From assembly GCA_963736045.1 (NCBI GenBank), contig CAVTNK010000006.1, forward strand, positions 104,124 to 168,123: 64,000 nucleotides of DNA, written 5' to 3'. How positions within the stretch are numbered: position 1 is the stretch's first letter; each line of letters starts with the position of its first letter. The position numbers and the translations under genes are program-made. This DNA is from an uncultured Actinomycetes bacterium (GTDB lineage: Bacteria; Actinomycetota; Thermoleophilia; Gaiellales; Gaiellaceae). Below are positions 27,864 to 37,863 of the stretch, one piece after another. The notes beneath the pieces were generated by a model. It was not told the DNA's origin and did not search any database. It was given only the letters and a program-made list of their open reading frames with translations.

Positions 27864-29681
27864 TCAGTGAGACGCCCGGAGCTGGTTGCGAAGCGCTTCC
27901 ACCCCGGCGGCGATCGCCTCCTGGCTCGACGGCCGCTCGGTCCAGAGCGACCAGTAAGGCTGCGTCGTGCTGGCCGGCTTTACTCGGGGGGGATCGAACT
28001 CGACACGGCTCGGCAGGAGGAGCGCGTCGCCGATGACGACACCTTCGCCCGGCTCCAACGCTGGCAGCACCCCGGTCACGCCCGCGAAGTGCTCGGGTAT
28101 GAGCCGCTCGATCATCGTCCGGTCGTGCTCGTTGGTCAGGCGCATGACCACGAAGTTGTTGCACTGGCTGAGGATCGTGCTGCTGACGTCGGTCGGGCGC
28201 TGGGTGACGACGACGAGTCCGACACCGTACTTGCGGCCTTCCTTGGCGATCGCCTCAAAAACCTCCAGCGCCGCGCGGTGGATCGGACCGCTGCCCTCGC
28301 GGGCGGGGAGGTACAGGTGTGCCTCGTCGCAGATGAGGCACACGGGAGTTCGCTGGACGGGATCCATCCAGAACTGGACGTCGTAGACGAACCGTGCGAG
28401 GACGCCTGCGACGAGGGGGACGATCGCGCTCGGCACCTCCGACAGGTCGACGATCTTGATTCCCGCTCTGCCCGTGCCGGCCCCGAGCAGCTTCGCGGCT
28501 GTCTCGCCGAGCCAGTCGTAGGAGAAGGTCTGCTCGGGTGGGTCGAAGATGAAGCCGTACCGAGGATCGGCGGCGCGTGCTTCGAGACGGGAGATGAACG
28601 ACGTGAGCCGGCCGAAGTACGGTCCCGGCTCGAGCCGGTTGCTGGGCGGCTGCGGGATCTTCTCGACGTCGTCCCGCCTGAGCAGCTGGACGAGATGGTC
28701 GAGCCTGTAGGGAATCGGCGAGTCGACGGTGAACGTCGCCAGGGCAAGGGTCCGACCCTGGTCGACGAGAGACACGCGCTTCAGCGTCTGCACGTGCTCG
28801 GTGAAGCGAAAGATGTGATCAGCCGCATCCGGGTCGTCGGGATTCAGCACGAGCGCCATCAGCTCGTTGCGCTCGAGCAACCAGTACGGCAGGAAGAGCA
28901 CGTCGTCGCTCGACCGCACGACGTCGGCCGGACCCGCGACACGCAGGCCGCGCGCGATCGACCCTGCGCCGTCGGCCTCCTTCGTCAACGGCGTGTACTC
29001 CCCGTGTAGGTCGAGGACGATTAGGTTCGCATGGCTCAGTCGCGATGCACGCTCGAGCATCAGGGCGACGGCCCAGCTCTTGCCGGCGCCCGTGCTGCCG
29101 ATGAGTGCGAGGTGACGCTGGAAGAATCGGTTGCCGTCTGCGATCGCTTCCGTCTCGCGGTCCGCTGCGTAACGCCCGAGGACGAGTTGCTCCTCCGCTG
29201 CAACGCCTCTTCCGAGAAGCGACATGAACTGGTGTAGCTGCTCGCCCTCGACGAGATGACAGGCTGATCCGACGTGCGGATAGCCCGATGACCCGCGCCT
29301 GAAGGTGGCGCGGACGGCATCTGCGCCGGGCGAAAGCCTTCCGACCGGCATGACCTGGAGGGCGACGGAGGAGGCGCCGTTGCGAACAGGCCGCACCTGG
29401 ACCGCCTCGACGAGGCCCATCAGGAAGTCGCTGCCCGTCGACAGCGCGACGAGATCGGACACCGTCACACGCATCGCCAGGCCCGGCTCGGACAGCTCGA
29501 TCTCGAGGCGGTTCCGATCGAGGCGCGTAACGCGTCCGAGCAGTGGACAGGAGCGGAGGTCCAGGTCCGCCGGGTCGGCCGCTGCGCCGGCGTCAACGGC
29601 AGCTTGACTCTCGATCATGGTCACCGTCCACCTATCGGCCGCATGCGCTCCGAGCCTGAGACATCGCGGCGAAGGGCGCAC
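27864..29681 (-). CDS. HerA/FtsK-superfamily ATPase (COG0433/DUF87-type, HAS-barrel plus P-loop)
   Basis: Probable start at ATG 29618 (MIESQAAVD). HAS-barrel-like LGRVTRLDRNRLEIEL. Walker A ALIGSTGAGKSW, FLPYWLL, Walker B VCLICDEAHLY, GVGLVVVTQRP, NFVVMRLTN. Confidence 0.8.
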   Translation of the reverse strand: MRPSPRCLRLGAHAADRWTVTMIESQAAVDAGAAADPADLDLRSCPLLGRVTRLDRNRLEIELSEPGLAMRVTVSDLVALSTGSDFLMGLVEAVQVRPVRNGASSVALQVMPVGRLSPGADAVRATFRRGSSGYPHVGSACHLVEGEQLHQFMSLLGRGVAAEEQLVLGRYAADRETEAIADGNRFFQRHLALIGSTGAGKSWAVALMLERASRLSHANLIVLDLHGEYTPLTKEADGAGSIARGLRVAGPADVVRSSDDVLFLPYWLLERNELMALVLNPDDPDAADHIFRFTEHVQTLKRVSLVDQGRTLALATFTVDSPIPYRLDHLVQLLRRDDVEKIPQPPSNRLEPGPYFGRLTSFISRLEARAADPRYGFIFDPPEQTFSYDWLGETAAKLLGAGTGRAGIKIVDLSEVPSAIVPLVAGVLARFVYDVQFWMDPVQRTPVCLICDEAHLYLPAREGSGPIHRAALEVFEAIAKEGRKYGVGLVVVTQRPTDVSSTILSQCNNFVVMRLTNEHDRTMIERLIPEHFAGVTGVLPALEPGEGVVIGDALLLPSRVEFDPPRVKPASTTQPYWSLWTERPSSQEAIAAGVEALRNQLRASH

Positions 29682-29958
29682 GTGCGGGCTCCGATCAGCC
29701 GTTTCGCGGCGCCCAGCGCCTGACCGTGGCCGCCGTCGGTCCTGACAACGCGCCCATCTGTCCTAGCCACAGCTGACGGTGGTCGACCAGACGTTCGTCA
29801 GGATGGACAACAAGGCGACTCTTACCTAGCCGAGGTTGCGGGAGTCAGCCGACGCGCCGCAGTCCCTCTTCGGAGGGGTGGGGTTCGAGTCTCGGCCGGG
29901 CCGAGCCCGGGTGTCCTACTTCCGGCGACGGGGAGGGCCTCTCTCTTCTACCCGGAGA

Positions 29959-29989
29959 TTTTGGGTTGCAGTGGCTGCGCAAGGCGATC
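29959..29989. repeat. Direct repeat copy B2 (TTTTGGGTTGCAGTGGCTGCGCAAGGCGATC)
   Basis: Pairs with 22726-22756. Here it is intergenic, and both flanks are unrelated to the first copy. Confidence 0.85.
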
Positions 29990-30071
29990 GGCACGAGGAG
30001 CTCTATGGTCCCTGGGCTGGCCCCTGCCCGGAATGCCGGGCGAGCTGGCAATCCGCGTGGTGGATGGCGTT

Positions 30072-32198
30072 CTAGCGTGTCGGGGTGAATTGGATGACGG
30101 TGGTGCCGAGGAGTCCGGTTGGCTGGATGTCGATGGTGCATCGGTTGCCGTGTCTTGGTGGGGGCGTGGGGATGGTGGGTCTCCATGGTTGGTTGGGGGC
30201 CGGGTTGGTGAAGTGGGTTTGTTGGTAGGTCGTTCCGTTGCGGCGGATGGTGACTGTTTGAGGTTGTTTGATGAGGAGCGTGAGGTGGATGTTTCCGGTT
30301 GGGCAGCCGTAGAAGAGGATTCGTCCGCCGAGTCCGGGGTAGATGTCGCCGTTTGGTTTGAGGCCGGTGGTTCGGTAGGCGAGGCGGGTTGGTGGGTTGA
30401 GTTTCCAGAGGGCTTGGTCGCCGAGGGGGTTGCCGGGTTGGTGGCTGGTTGCGACGATCTGGCCGTTGAAGGCGATCGCTGGGGCAGATGGGAGCGATCC
30501 GACTGGGGCGACGAGGTATCGGATCGTTGGACTTTGGTTCGCGGCGATGAGGACGCCATCCGGCCGAACCCTCAATCGCTGTTGGGGGATTGGCCCAAAC
30601 ACCTTGGCGTCTGCGAGGTCGTAGATCCGGTCGATCTTGTTGTTCCAGAAGATCGCTTCCCAGGCGGCTGTCCCGTCCGCTCCAGGTGTGACGAGGTAGG
30701 CGACCGGGCCGTCTGCGGCGTGGTCGATCCAGCGCGGGTCGGGGCCGAGCGTGGCTTGCTGCCGAAGCGCTGCCTGGCCAGCCGTATATCTGCTTGCGGC
30801 GACTGATGCTCCCGCCAATGCGGCGGCGAGCACGATTGGTAGCACCGTGATCGCGCGTCGCGGCACGAGGCCGAAGCCGACGAGCGCAACCGCGACGGCC
30901 GCGTAGAAAACGACCTCGAAACTGTGGAGCGAGTACCGGTCGACGAAATCGACGAACGATGCGAGAGACGGTGCGTCGGGCGGCGCGTACGCGGTCACGA
31001 ACCGGTCGAGAGGAAGCACCACGAGCGCTGCCGCGACGGTGACCGAGACCAGCGAGACGGGCCAGTACGGGCGAGGGGCACCCCGGTCGAGCCAGACCGC
31101 GAACGCGAGAAACAGCAGGGGTGCCAACCCGATCAGATCCCGTTCGGCGAGTTGGCCGACGTATCGCGAGGCGAACACACCGACCTCGACCACAAGCCAG
31201 ACCACCAGGGATCCGGTTACGGCGAGAAACGCGCGCACCCGCGTGTCCGACTCCCCCTTACTCGCCCCAGCCAAGATCAGCAAGAGGAGCGCGCAGAGCG
31301 GAAAGATCCCAGAAAGGATCGCAACCGCGCCGGCGTGGTACACGACGAACCGGGCCGCCCGCCCAACGCTATACGGGTCGCGTGCGATGGTCGCGTAGCC
31401 GCCGAGCACCGAGTCCGAGCTCCCGGCCCGCCAACCAACCCACAATCCGGCGCATAACGCCAACGCCACGAGCAGCGGGCCGAAAGAACGAATCTTTCGC
31501 ATCGAACGGGAGAGCGCCGCTTCGAAGCCGACCGCCGTCACGAACGCAGGAACAAGCACCAGCGCCTGCAAGCGAGTCAACACCGCGACCACGATCGCCA
31601 TGGCCAGAAGCACTTGCCGGAAAACGGTTGGACGTTCCAGCGCCCGGGCCATCGCCCATGCCGCCACAACGAACACCGGGTAGAAGACGACCTCGGACAT
31701 CACCAGCCCCGAATAGACGAGACCGGGCAGAAGCAAAGACAGCGCCGCCGGCATCAGCGCCAAGCGCTCCGACATCAACGAACGAGCCCACAGATAGACG
31801 GGCACCGCCACAAGCGACATCACCATCGCCTGAACCACCTTCAACACCCCGTATCCGAACGCCAGATCGTGGAAGCTGAGCGGCACACCGACAACGCCCG
31901 GCACAACCAGGCTAAAAAACGGCGTCGGGCCACCAAGAATCACCAACGAGCCAGACCCATACAAGCTCCGGCCAAGAAGCCCGTAAATCATCTCATCCGG
32001 CGCGATCCACGGCACCGCCACCAACCGCCCCGCCCACGCCCTCACCACGATCGAGCCCACGACCAAGCCGGCCACCAACAACCACGGCCTCCGCAACAAC
32101 CCCACCATCCGCCCCAACAAACCAGCACCCCCCAGCGCCGGCCAACACCACCCAACCCACCCTAACCCACCAGCCGGACCCCGACCCAACGAAATCAC
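30072..32198 (-). CDS. Large polytopic membrane protein, GT-C/ArnT-PMT-like glycosyltransferase fold with extracytoplasmic C-domain
   Basis: 708 aa (alternative start M31 at 32108). At least 10 TM helices, early loop motif WIAPDEMIYGLLGRSL, soluble C-terminal 250 aa ending in a Pro/Thr-rich tail. Confidence 0.5.
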   Translation of the reverse strand: MISLGRGPAGGLGWVGWCWPALGGAGLLGRMVGLLRRPWLLVAGLVVGSIVVRAWAGRLVAVPWIAPDEMIYGLLGRSLYGSGSLVILGGPTPFFSLVVPGVVGVPLSFHDLAFGYGVLKVVQAMVMSLVAVPVYLWARSLMSERLALMPAALSLLLPGLVYSGLVMSEVVFYPVFVVAAWAMARALERPTVFRQVLLAMAIVVAVLTRLQALVLVPAFVTAVGFEAALSRSMRKIRSFGPLLVALALCAGLWVGWRAGSSDSVLGGYATIARDPYSVGRAARFVVYHAGAVAILSGIFPLCALLLLILAGASKGESDTRVRAFLAVTGSLVVWLVVEVGVFASRYVGQLAERDLIGLAPLLFLAFAVWLDRGAPRPYWPVSLVSVTVAAALVVLPLDRFVTAYAPPDAPSLASFVDFVDRYSLHSFEVVFYAAVAVALVGFGLVPRRAITVLPIVLAAALAGASVAASRYTAGQAALRQQATLGPDPRWIDHAADGPVAYLVTPGADGTAAWEAIFWNNKIDRIYDLADAKVFGPIPQQRLRVRPDGVLIAANQSPTIRYLVAPVGSLPSAPAIAFNGQIVATSHQPGNPLGDQALWKLNPPTRLAYRTTGLKPNGDIYPGLGGRILFYGCPTGNIHLTLLIKQPQTVTIRRNGTTYQQTHFTNPAPNQPWRPTIPTPPPRHGNRCTIDIQPTGLLGTTVIQFTPTR

Positions 32199-32203
32199 CC
32201 AGG

Positions 32204-32352
32204 CTAATCGCTGATTTCGATCAGTCTGAGCGTGTTCGCCCTACGGATAGCGGCCTGGGGTGAGGTGACGCCGAACTTGCGGTAGACGCTTTGCGTGTGC
32301 GTCTTCACGGTGTTATGGAGAGGAACAGCTCACTTCCGATCTCTGCGAAAGA
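32204..32352 (-). pseudogene. 3' remnant of a LuxR-type HTH regulator gene
   Basis: ...SFAEIGSELFLS / (frameshift) / HNTVKTHTQSVYRKFGVTSPQAAIRRANTLRLIEISD*. The first helix and everything upstream are absent. Begins 20 nt after the cyclase gene stop. Confidence 0.6.
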
Positions 32353-32371
32353 GAACGTGTTGTTCCGGCTG

Positions 32372-33748
32372 TTAGCCCTCGTTCATGACCGCGTACAGCC
32401 GCCATTCGCCGGGGATGCCTTTGAGCTCGTGCCGGCCGCGGTCCTGGAAAGAAAGACCCGAGCCGGCCACCAGATCCTTGACCGTGCCCGAGACCAGCAC
32501 TTCTCCGGGCTTCGCGTTGGCGGCCACGCGGGCGCCCGTGTGCACGGCAATGCCGGCCACCTTGCCGTCGACGAGTTCGCACTCGCCGGTGTGGAGACCG
32601 ACACGCACGGCGAGCCCCAGCTCGGGCATGGCCGCTGAGATGGCACAGCCGCAGCGGATGGCCCTGGCCGGGCCGTCGAAGGAGGCGAAGAAGCCGTCGC
32701 CCGCCGTGTCCACCTCCCGACCCTGAAACCGCTCCAATTGCTGTCGAACCAGGTAGTGGTGCGCCGCGAGCAACTCTCGCCATCTGCGATCGCCGAGCGA
32801 AACCGCGCGTTCGGTCGATCCCACGATGTCCGTGAACAGCACGGTCGCCAGAACGCGATCCGAGCGGGCCGGGAGACGCACCCCGGTGATGAAGGACTCG
32901 ATCTCCGCGAGCACCTCCTCGACTGCAGGCCCGGACCAGGGCGAGTGGATGTCACCGGGGAACTCGACGAAGAGGGCATCCGGGATGCGGGCGGCCAAGT
33001 CGCGCGCTGCCTCGACGTTGGCGACCGGATCTCCCGTTCGGCTCATCACCACCGTCGGCGCGCGAACGCTGGGCAGGATGTCGCGCATGTCAATCGAGGT
33101 GTTCATGCGTTCGAGGGCTGCGAGAGCTGACGGACTCGCTCCAGCCTTGAAATAGCGCACGGAGAACTGCATGGACGCCAGATCATTCGGAACGCCGGCT
33201 CCCGTTCCCGTCAAGTACTCCAACGTGACACCGTTCTCTGCCAGGTACGCGATCTCTTGCTCCGCTTCTTCTCGGGTTGGTCCCCAGGGGTAGTCGTCGG
33301 ATCTGACCCAGCGCGCCTGAGCGCCCCACAGCAGGAGCCCGCGTGCGCGATCAGGGTAGGTCGCACCGAACATTGCGGCCAGGTTCGCGCCCTCCGAGTA
33401 TCCGAGGATGAAGGCCCGCTCGCTTCCAGCCGCATCCATCACGGCACGGATGTCGTCCATCCGCTCCTCGAGCGTTGCAGCATCATCAGTTGGGCGATCC
33501 GAGAGGCCCGTTCCGCGCTTGTCGAACCGGATCAGCCGACAGAACGAGCCCAGCCGCTCCAGGAAGTTGGCCTTCCCGGGCCGCTCCCAGTCGAGGTCGA
33601 GATGAGAGACAGTGCCGGGAGCCACCACAAGATCGACCGGGCCATCACCGGTTACCTGATAGGCGATCGACAGATCACCGCTCTTTGCGTAGAGCGTTTC
33701 CGGCCGCACCCGCATAGTGTCGCGCCTCGCCTGGTGCCGTGCGAGCAA
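32372..33748 (-). CDS. Alpha/beta-hydrolase fused to a class III adenylate/guanylate cyclase domain
   Basis: Hydrolase part (RFDKRGTGLSD, ILGYSEGANLA nucleophile elbow). Cyclase part (ATVLFTDIVGSTE, VDTAGDGFFASF, RVGLHTGECE, VHTGARV). Likely start M12 at 33715. Confidence 0.8.
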   Translation of the reverse strand: MLARHQARRDTMRVRPETLYAKSGDLSIAYQVTGDGPVDLVVAPGTVSHLDLDWERPGKANFLERLGSFCRLIRFDKRGTGLSDRPTDDAATLEERMDDIRAVMDAAGSERAFILGYSEGANLAAMFGATYPDRARGLLLWGAQARWVRSDDYPWGPTREEAEQEIAYLAENGVTLEYLTGTGAGVPNDLASMQFSVRYFKAGASPSALAALERMNTSIDMRDILPSVRAPTVVMSRTGDPVANVEAARDLAARIPDALFVEFPGDIHSPWSGPAVEEVLAEIESFITGVRLPARSDRVLATVLFTDIVGSTERAVSLGDRRWRELLAAHHYLVRQQLERFQGREVDTAGDGFFASFDGPARAIRCGCAISAAMPELGLAVRVGLHTGECELVDGKVAGIAVHTGARVAANAKPGEVLVSGTVKDLVAGSGLSFQDRGRHELKGIPGEWRLYAVMNEG

Positions 33749-33858
33749 AGCTGCCAGCGCCTTGCCGATCCCGCATCTGCTGAACGGCGCCCGCGCGTGT
33801 CGCCCACTACGGGAAGGGCGTCAGTGACGAACCTCGCAATGATGAACCGGGCGCGCTC

Positions 33859-35646
33859 TCAGCTCGAGGGGCTCAAGTGCGAGCTCTTCTCGCAGAGGCC
33901 GACGATCACCCGCTGAATCTGCTCCGGGTGCTTCGTTATGGCCGGTGGCCCTGTCGCTTGGAGCTTGGCCCAGGTGTCCCTGAGGCCGAGCGTGCGGTTG
34001 AAGACGAGCCGCTCGGGCGTCGAGTCGGGATCCGGGCAGAAGTAGCCGAGGCGCTCGAACTGCACGGTCTCACCGACCGGAAGCTCCGCGAGCGCAGGCT
34101 CGACGAGGCATTCCTCGAGCACCGTCTCCGAGTTGGGGTTGATGTCGGCGAAGAGGTCGCCGTCAGCGCCGGGGTCGGGGCGGGTGAAGAGGCGGTCATA
34201 GAGACGGACTTCGGCGGGCGCGGCGTGCTCGGACGAGAGCCAGTGCAGCGTCGCCTTGGGCCGGCGCCCGTCCGGGGCGTCGCCGCCGCGCGTCTCCGGA
34301 TCGTAGGTGCAGCGGAGCTCGACGATCTCGCCGCTTGCGTCCTTGACCACGTCGGTGCAGGTCACGAAGTAGGCGTAGCGGAGACGCACCTCGCGGCCAG
34401 GGGCGAGGCGGAAGAACTTGCTGGGCGGGTCCTCCATGAAGTCGTCGCGTTCGATCCAGAGCTCGCGCGCGAAGGGCACCTTGCGCGTCCCGGCCGAGGG
34501 ATCCTCCGGGTTGTTGACGGCCTCCATCTCCTCGACCTGCCCCTCGGGGTAGTTCTCGATCACGAGCCTGAGCGGGCGCAGGACCGCGAAGCGTCGCTGC
34601 GCCGTCCGGTTCAGCACGTCCCTGACCTCGTGCTCGAGCATCTCGATCTCGACGGCGGTCTTGCCCTTGCCTCCCAAGCCGACCATGTCCAGGAAGTTGC
34701 GCAGACCCTCGGGCGGAAAGCCGCGCCGGCGCAGGGCCGAGACGGTGGGCATGCGCGGATCGTCCCAGCCTCGCACGTGGCCCTCGCTCACGAGCCGGCC
34801 CAGGAAGCGCTTCGAGAGCACGGTGTACGTGAGGTTGAGGCGGGCGAACTCGTACTGGTGCGGGCGCGAAGGCACCGGCAGGTTCTCGATCAGCCAGTCG
34901 TAGAGCGGCCGGTGATCCTCGAACTCGAGCGTGCAGAGGGAGTGGGTGATGCCCTCGATCGCGTCCGACTGGCCGTGGGCGAAGTCGTACAGCGGATAGA
35001 TGCACCACTCGTCGCCGGTCCGCGGGTGGGTCGCGTGCAGGATCCGGTAGAGCACCGGGTCGCGCAGGTTGATGTTGGGCGAGGCCATGTCGATCTTCGC
35101 CCTGAGCACTCTGGCGCCGTCCGGAAACTCGCCAGCGCGCATGCGCTCGAACAGGTCGAGGTTCTCATCGATCGAGCGGTCGCGCCAGGGGCTGTTCTTG
35201 CCCGGCTCGGTGAGGGTGCCGCGGTGCTCGCGGATCTCGTCGGCGGAGAGGTCGTCGACATACGCCTTGCCGGCCTTGATCAGGTGGACGGCCCAGTCGT
35301 AGAGCTGGTGGAAGTAGTCGGAGGCGTAGTAGAGATGCTCGCCCCAGTCGAAGCCGAGCCAGCGGATGTCTTCCTGGATCGAGTCGATGTACTCCTGCTC
35401 TTCCTTGATCGGGTTGGTGTCGTCGAAGCGCAGGTGGCAGCGGCCGCCGAACTCCTGGGCGATCCCGAAGTTGAGCGCGATCGCCTTCGGGTGGCCGATG
35501 TGGAGGTATCCGTTCGGCTCGGGCGGGAAGCGGGTCACGACCTCCGAGACCCTGCCCTCGCGCACGTCGGCGGCGACGATCTCGCGGATGAAATCGCTTC
35601 GCTCGGGAGTGGCCGGATCGTGGGCGCTCACGCGGCTGCTACTCAT
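33859..35646 (-). CDS. glnS: Glutaminyl-tRNA synthetase
   Basis: [17 protein letters not shown] (HIGH), LTYTVLSKR (KMSKS variant), [29 protein letters not shown]. Start taken at ATG 35646 (MSSSRVS), not at the ORF-track 35811. Confidence 0.9.
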   Translation of the reverse strand: MSSSRVSAHDPATPERSDFIREIVAADVREGRVSEVVTRFPPEPNGYLHIGHPKAIALNFGIAQEFGGRCHLRFDDTNPIKEEQEYIDSIQEDIRWLGFDWGEHLYYASDYFHQLYDWAVHLIKAGKAYVDDLSADEIREHRGTLTEPGKNSPWRDRSIDENLDLFERMRAGEFPDGARVLRAKIDMASPNINLRDPVLYRILHATHPRTGDEWCIYPLYDFAHGQSDAIEGITHSLCTLEFEDHRPLYDWLIENLPVPSRPHQYEFARLNLTYTVLSKRFLGRLVSEGHVRGWDDPRMPTVSALRRRGFPPEGLRNFLDMVGLGGKGKTAVEIEMLEHEVRDVLNRTAQRRFAVLRPLRLVIENYPEGQVEEMEAVNNPEDPSAGTRKVPFARELWIERDDFMEDPPSKFFRLAPGREVRLRYAYFVTCTDVVKDASGEIVELRCTYDPETRGGDAPDGRRPKATLHWLSSEHAAPAEVRLYDRLFTRPDPGADGDLFADINPNSETVLEECLVEPALAELPVGETVQFERLGYFCPDPDSTPERLVFNRTLGLRDTWAKLQATGPPAITKHPEQIQRVIVGLCEKSSHLSPSS

Positions 35647-35835
35647 CTCGAAGAGACTAGTGCAGTACGTCGCCGTGCCCCACAAAGGCGCTTGGCCGAA
35701 CTCCCTCTGTGCGGCGACCGCGGTCGTCGTCATTACGAGCCTCGGAATGGTGAGTCCGCCTAGGGACACCAGGGGAAACCGAAGCCGCTCGCACGACGGC
35801 AAACCGCTCACTCGTCCCCTCCAGTCCCCATCCGC

Positions 35836-37529
<1,694 letters not shown>

Positions 37530-37863
37530 GTACGAGGTCTCCTTCCTTCTATAGACGTAGCCACCGCAGCCTCACTTGGCGCCGTCGCAACGGTGACCGG
37601 ATCTCGTCCCCTCAGCCATCTTCGCATCGCCGACGACTGGAGGGTCACACCGGGCATCGTGCCCGCTGCCTACTGGGACCAGGTAGAAGAGCGCTGTCCC
37701 GGCGAACAGCGCGAGTGCCGTGGACGGGCTCCAGAGCGCGACGACTGTCGCCGCCGCCGGCACTCGGCCTTTCTAAGAGCGCTGGTTGGCAGGAGGGTGT
37801 ACGCCGCGCCGGCCCGCCGCTTTCGCGGGAATTTCACACGGCACGGCGGTCGAGGCGTTGGCG

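Noticed and set aside
26722-29009. Long ORFs 26722-28164 (-) and 27798-29009 (+)
   Set aside because: They overlap, or run antisense to, the well-supported cupin, ABM and HerA-like genes, and their composition is Arg/Pro/Gly-rich.
29868-29900. GGGGTTCGAGTCTC with a preceding stem-loop, looking like the 3' half of a class II tRNA
   Set aside because: The T-stem does not pair (GTGGG versus CTCGG) and there is no acceptor strand. It is kept only as a possible decayed relic in the intergenic finding.
33877-35763. 628-aa plus-strand ORF
   Set aside because: Antisense shadow of glnS with a low-complexity Arg/Ala/Gly/Val composition and no motifs.
37572-37763. 63-aa minus-strand ORF with one hydrophobic helix in the MFS/OYE divergent region
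   Set aside because: No RBS, and the composition drifts to Arg/Gly. It is likely spurious.
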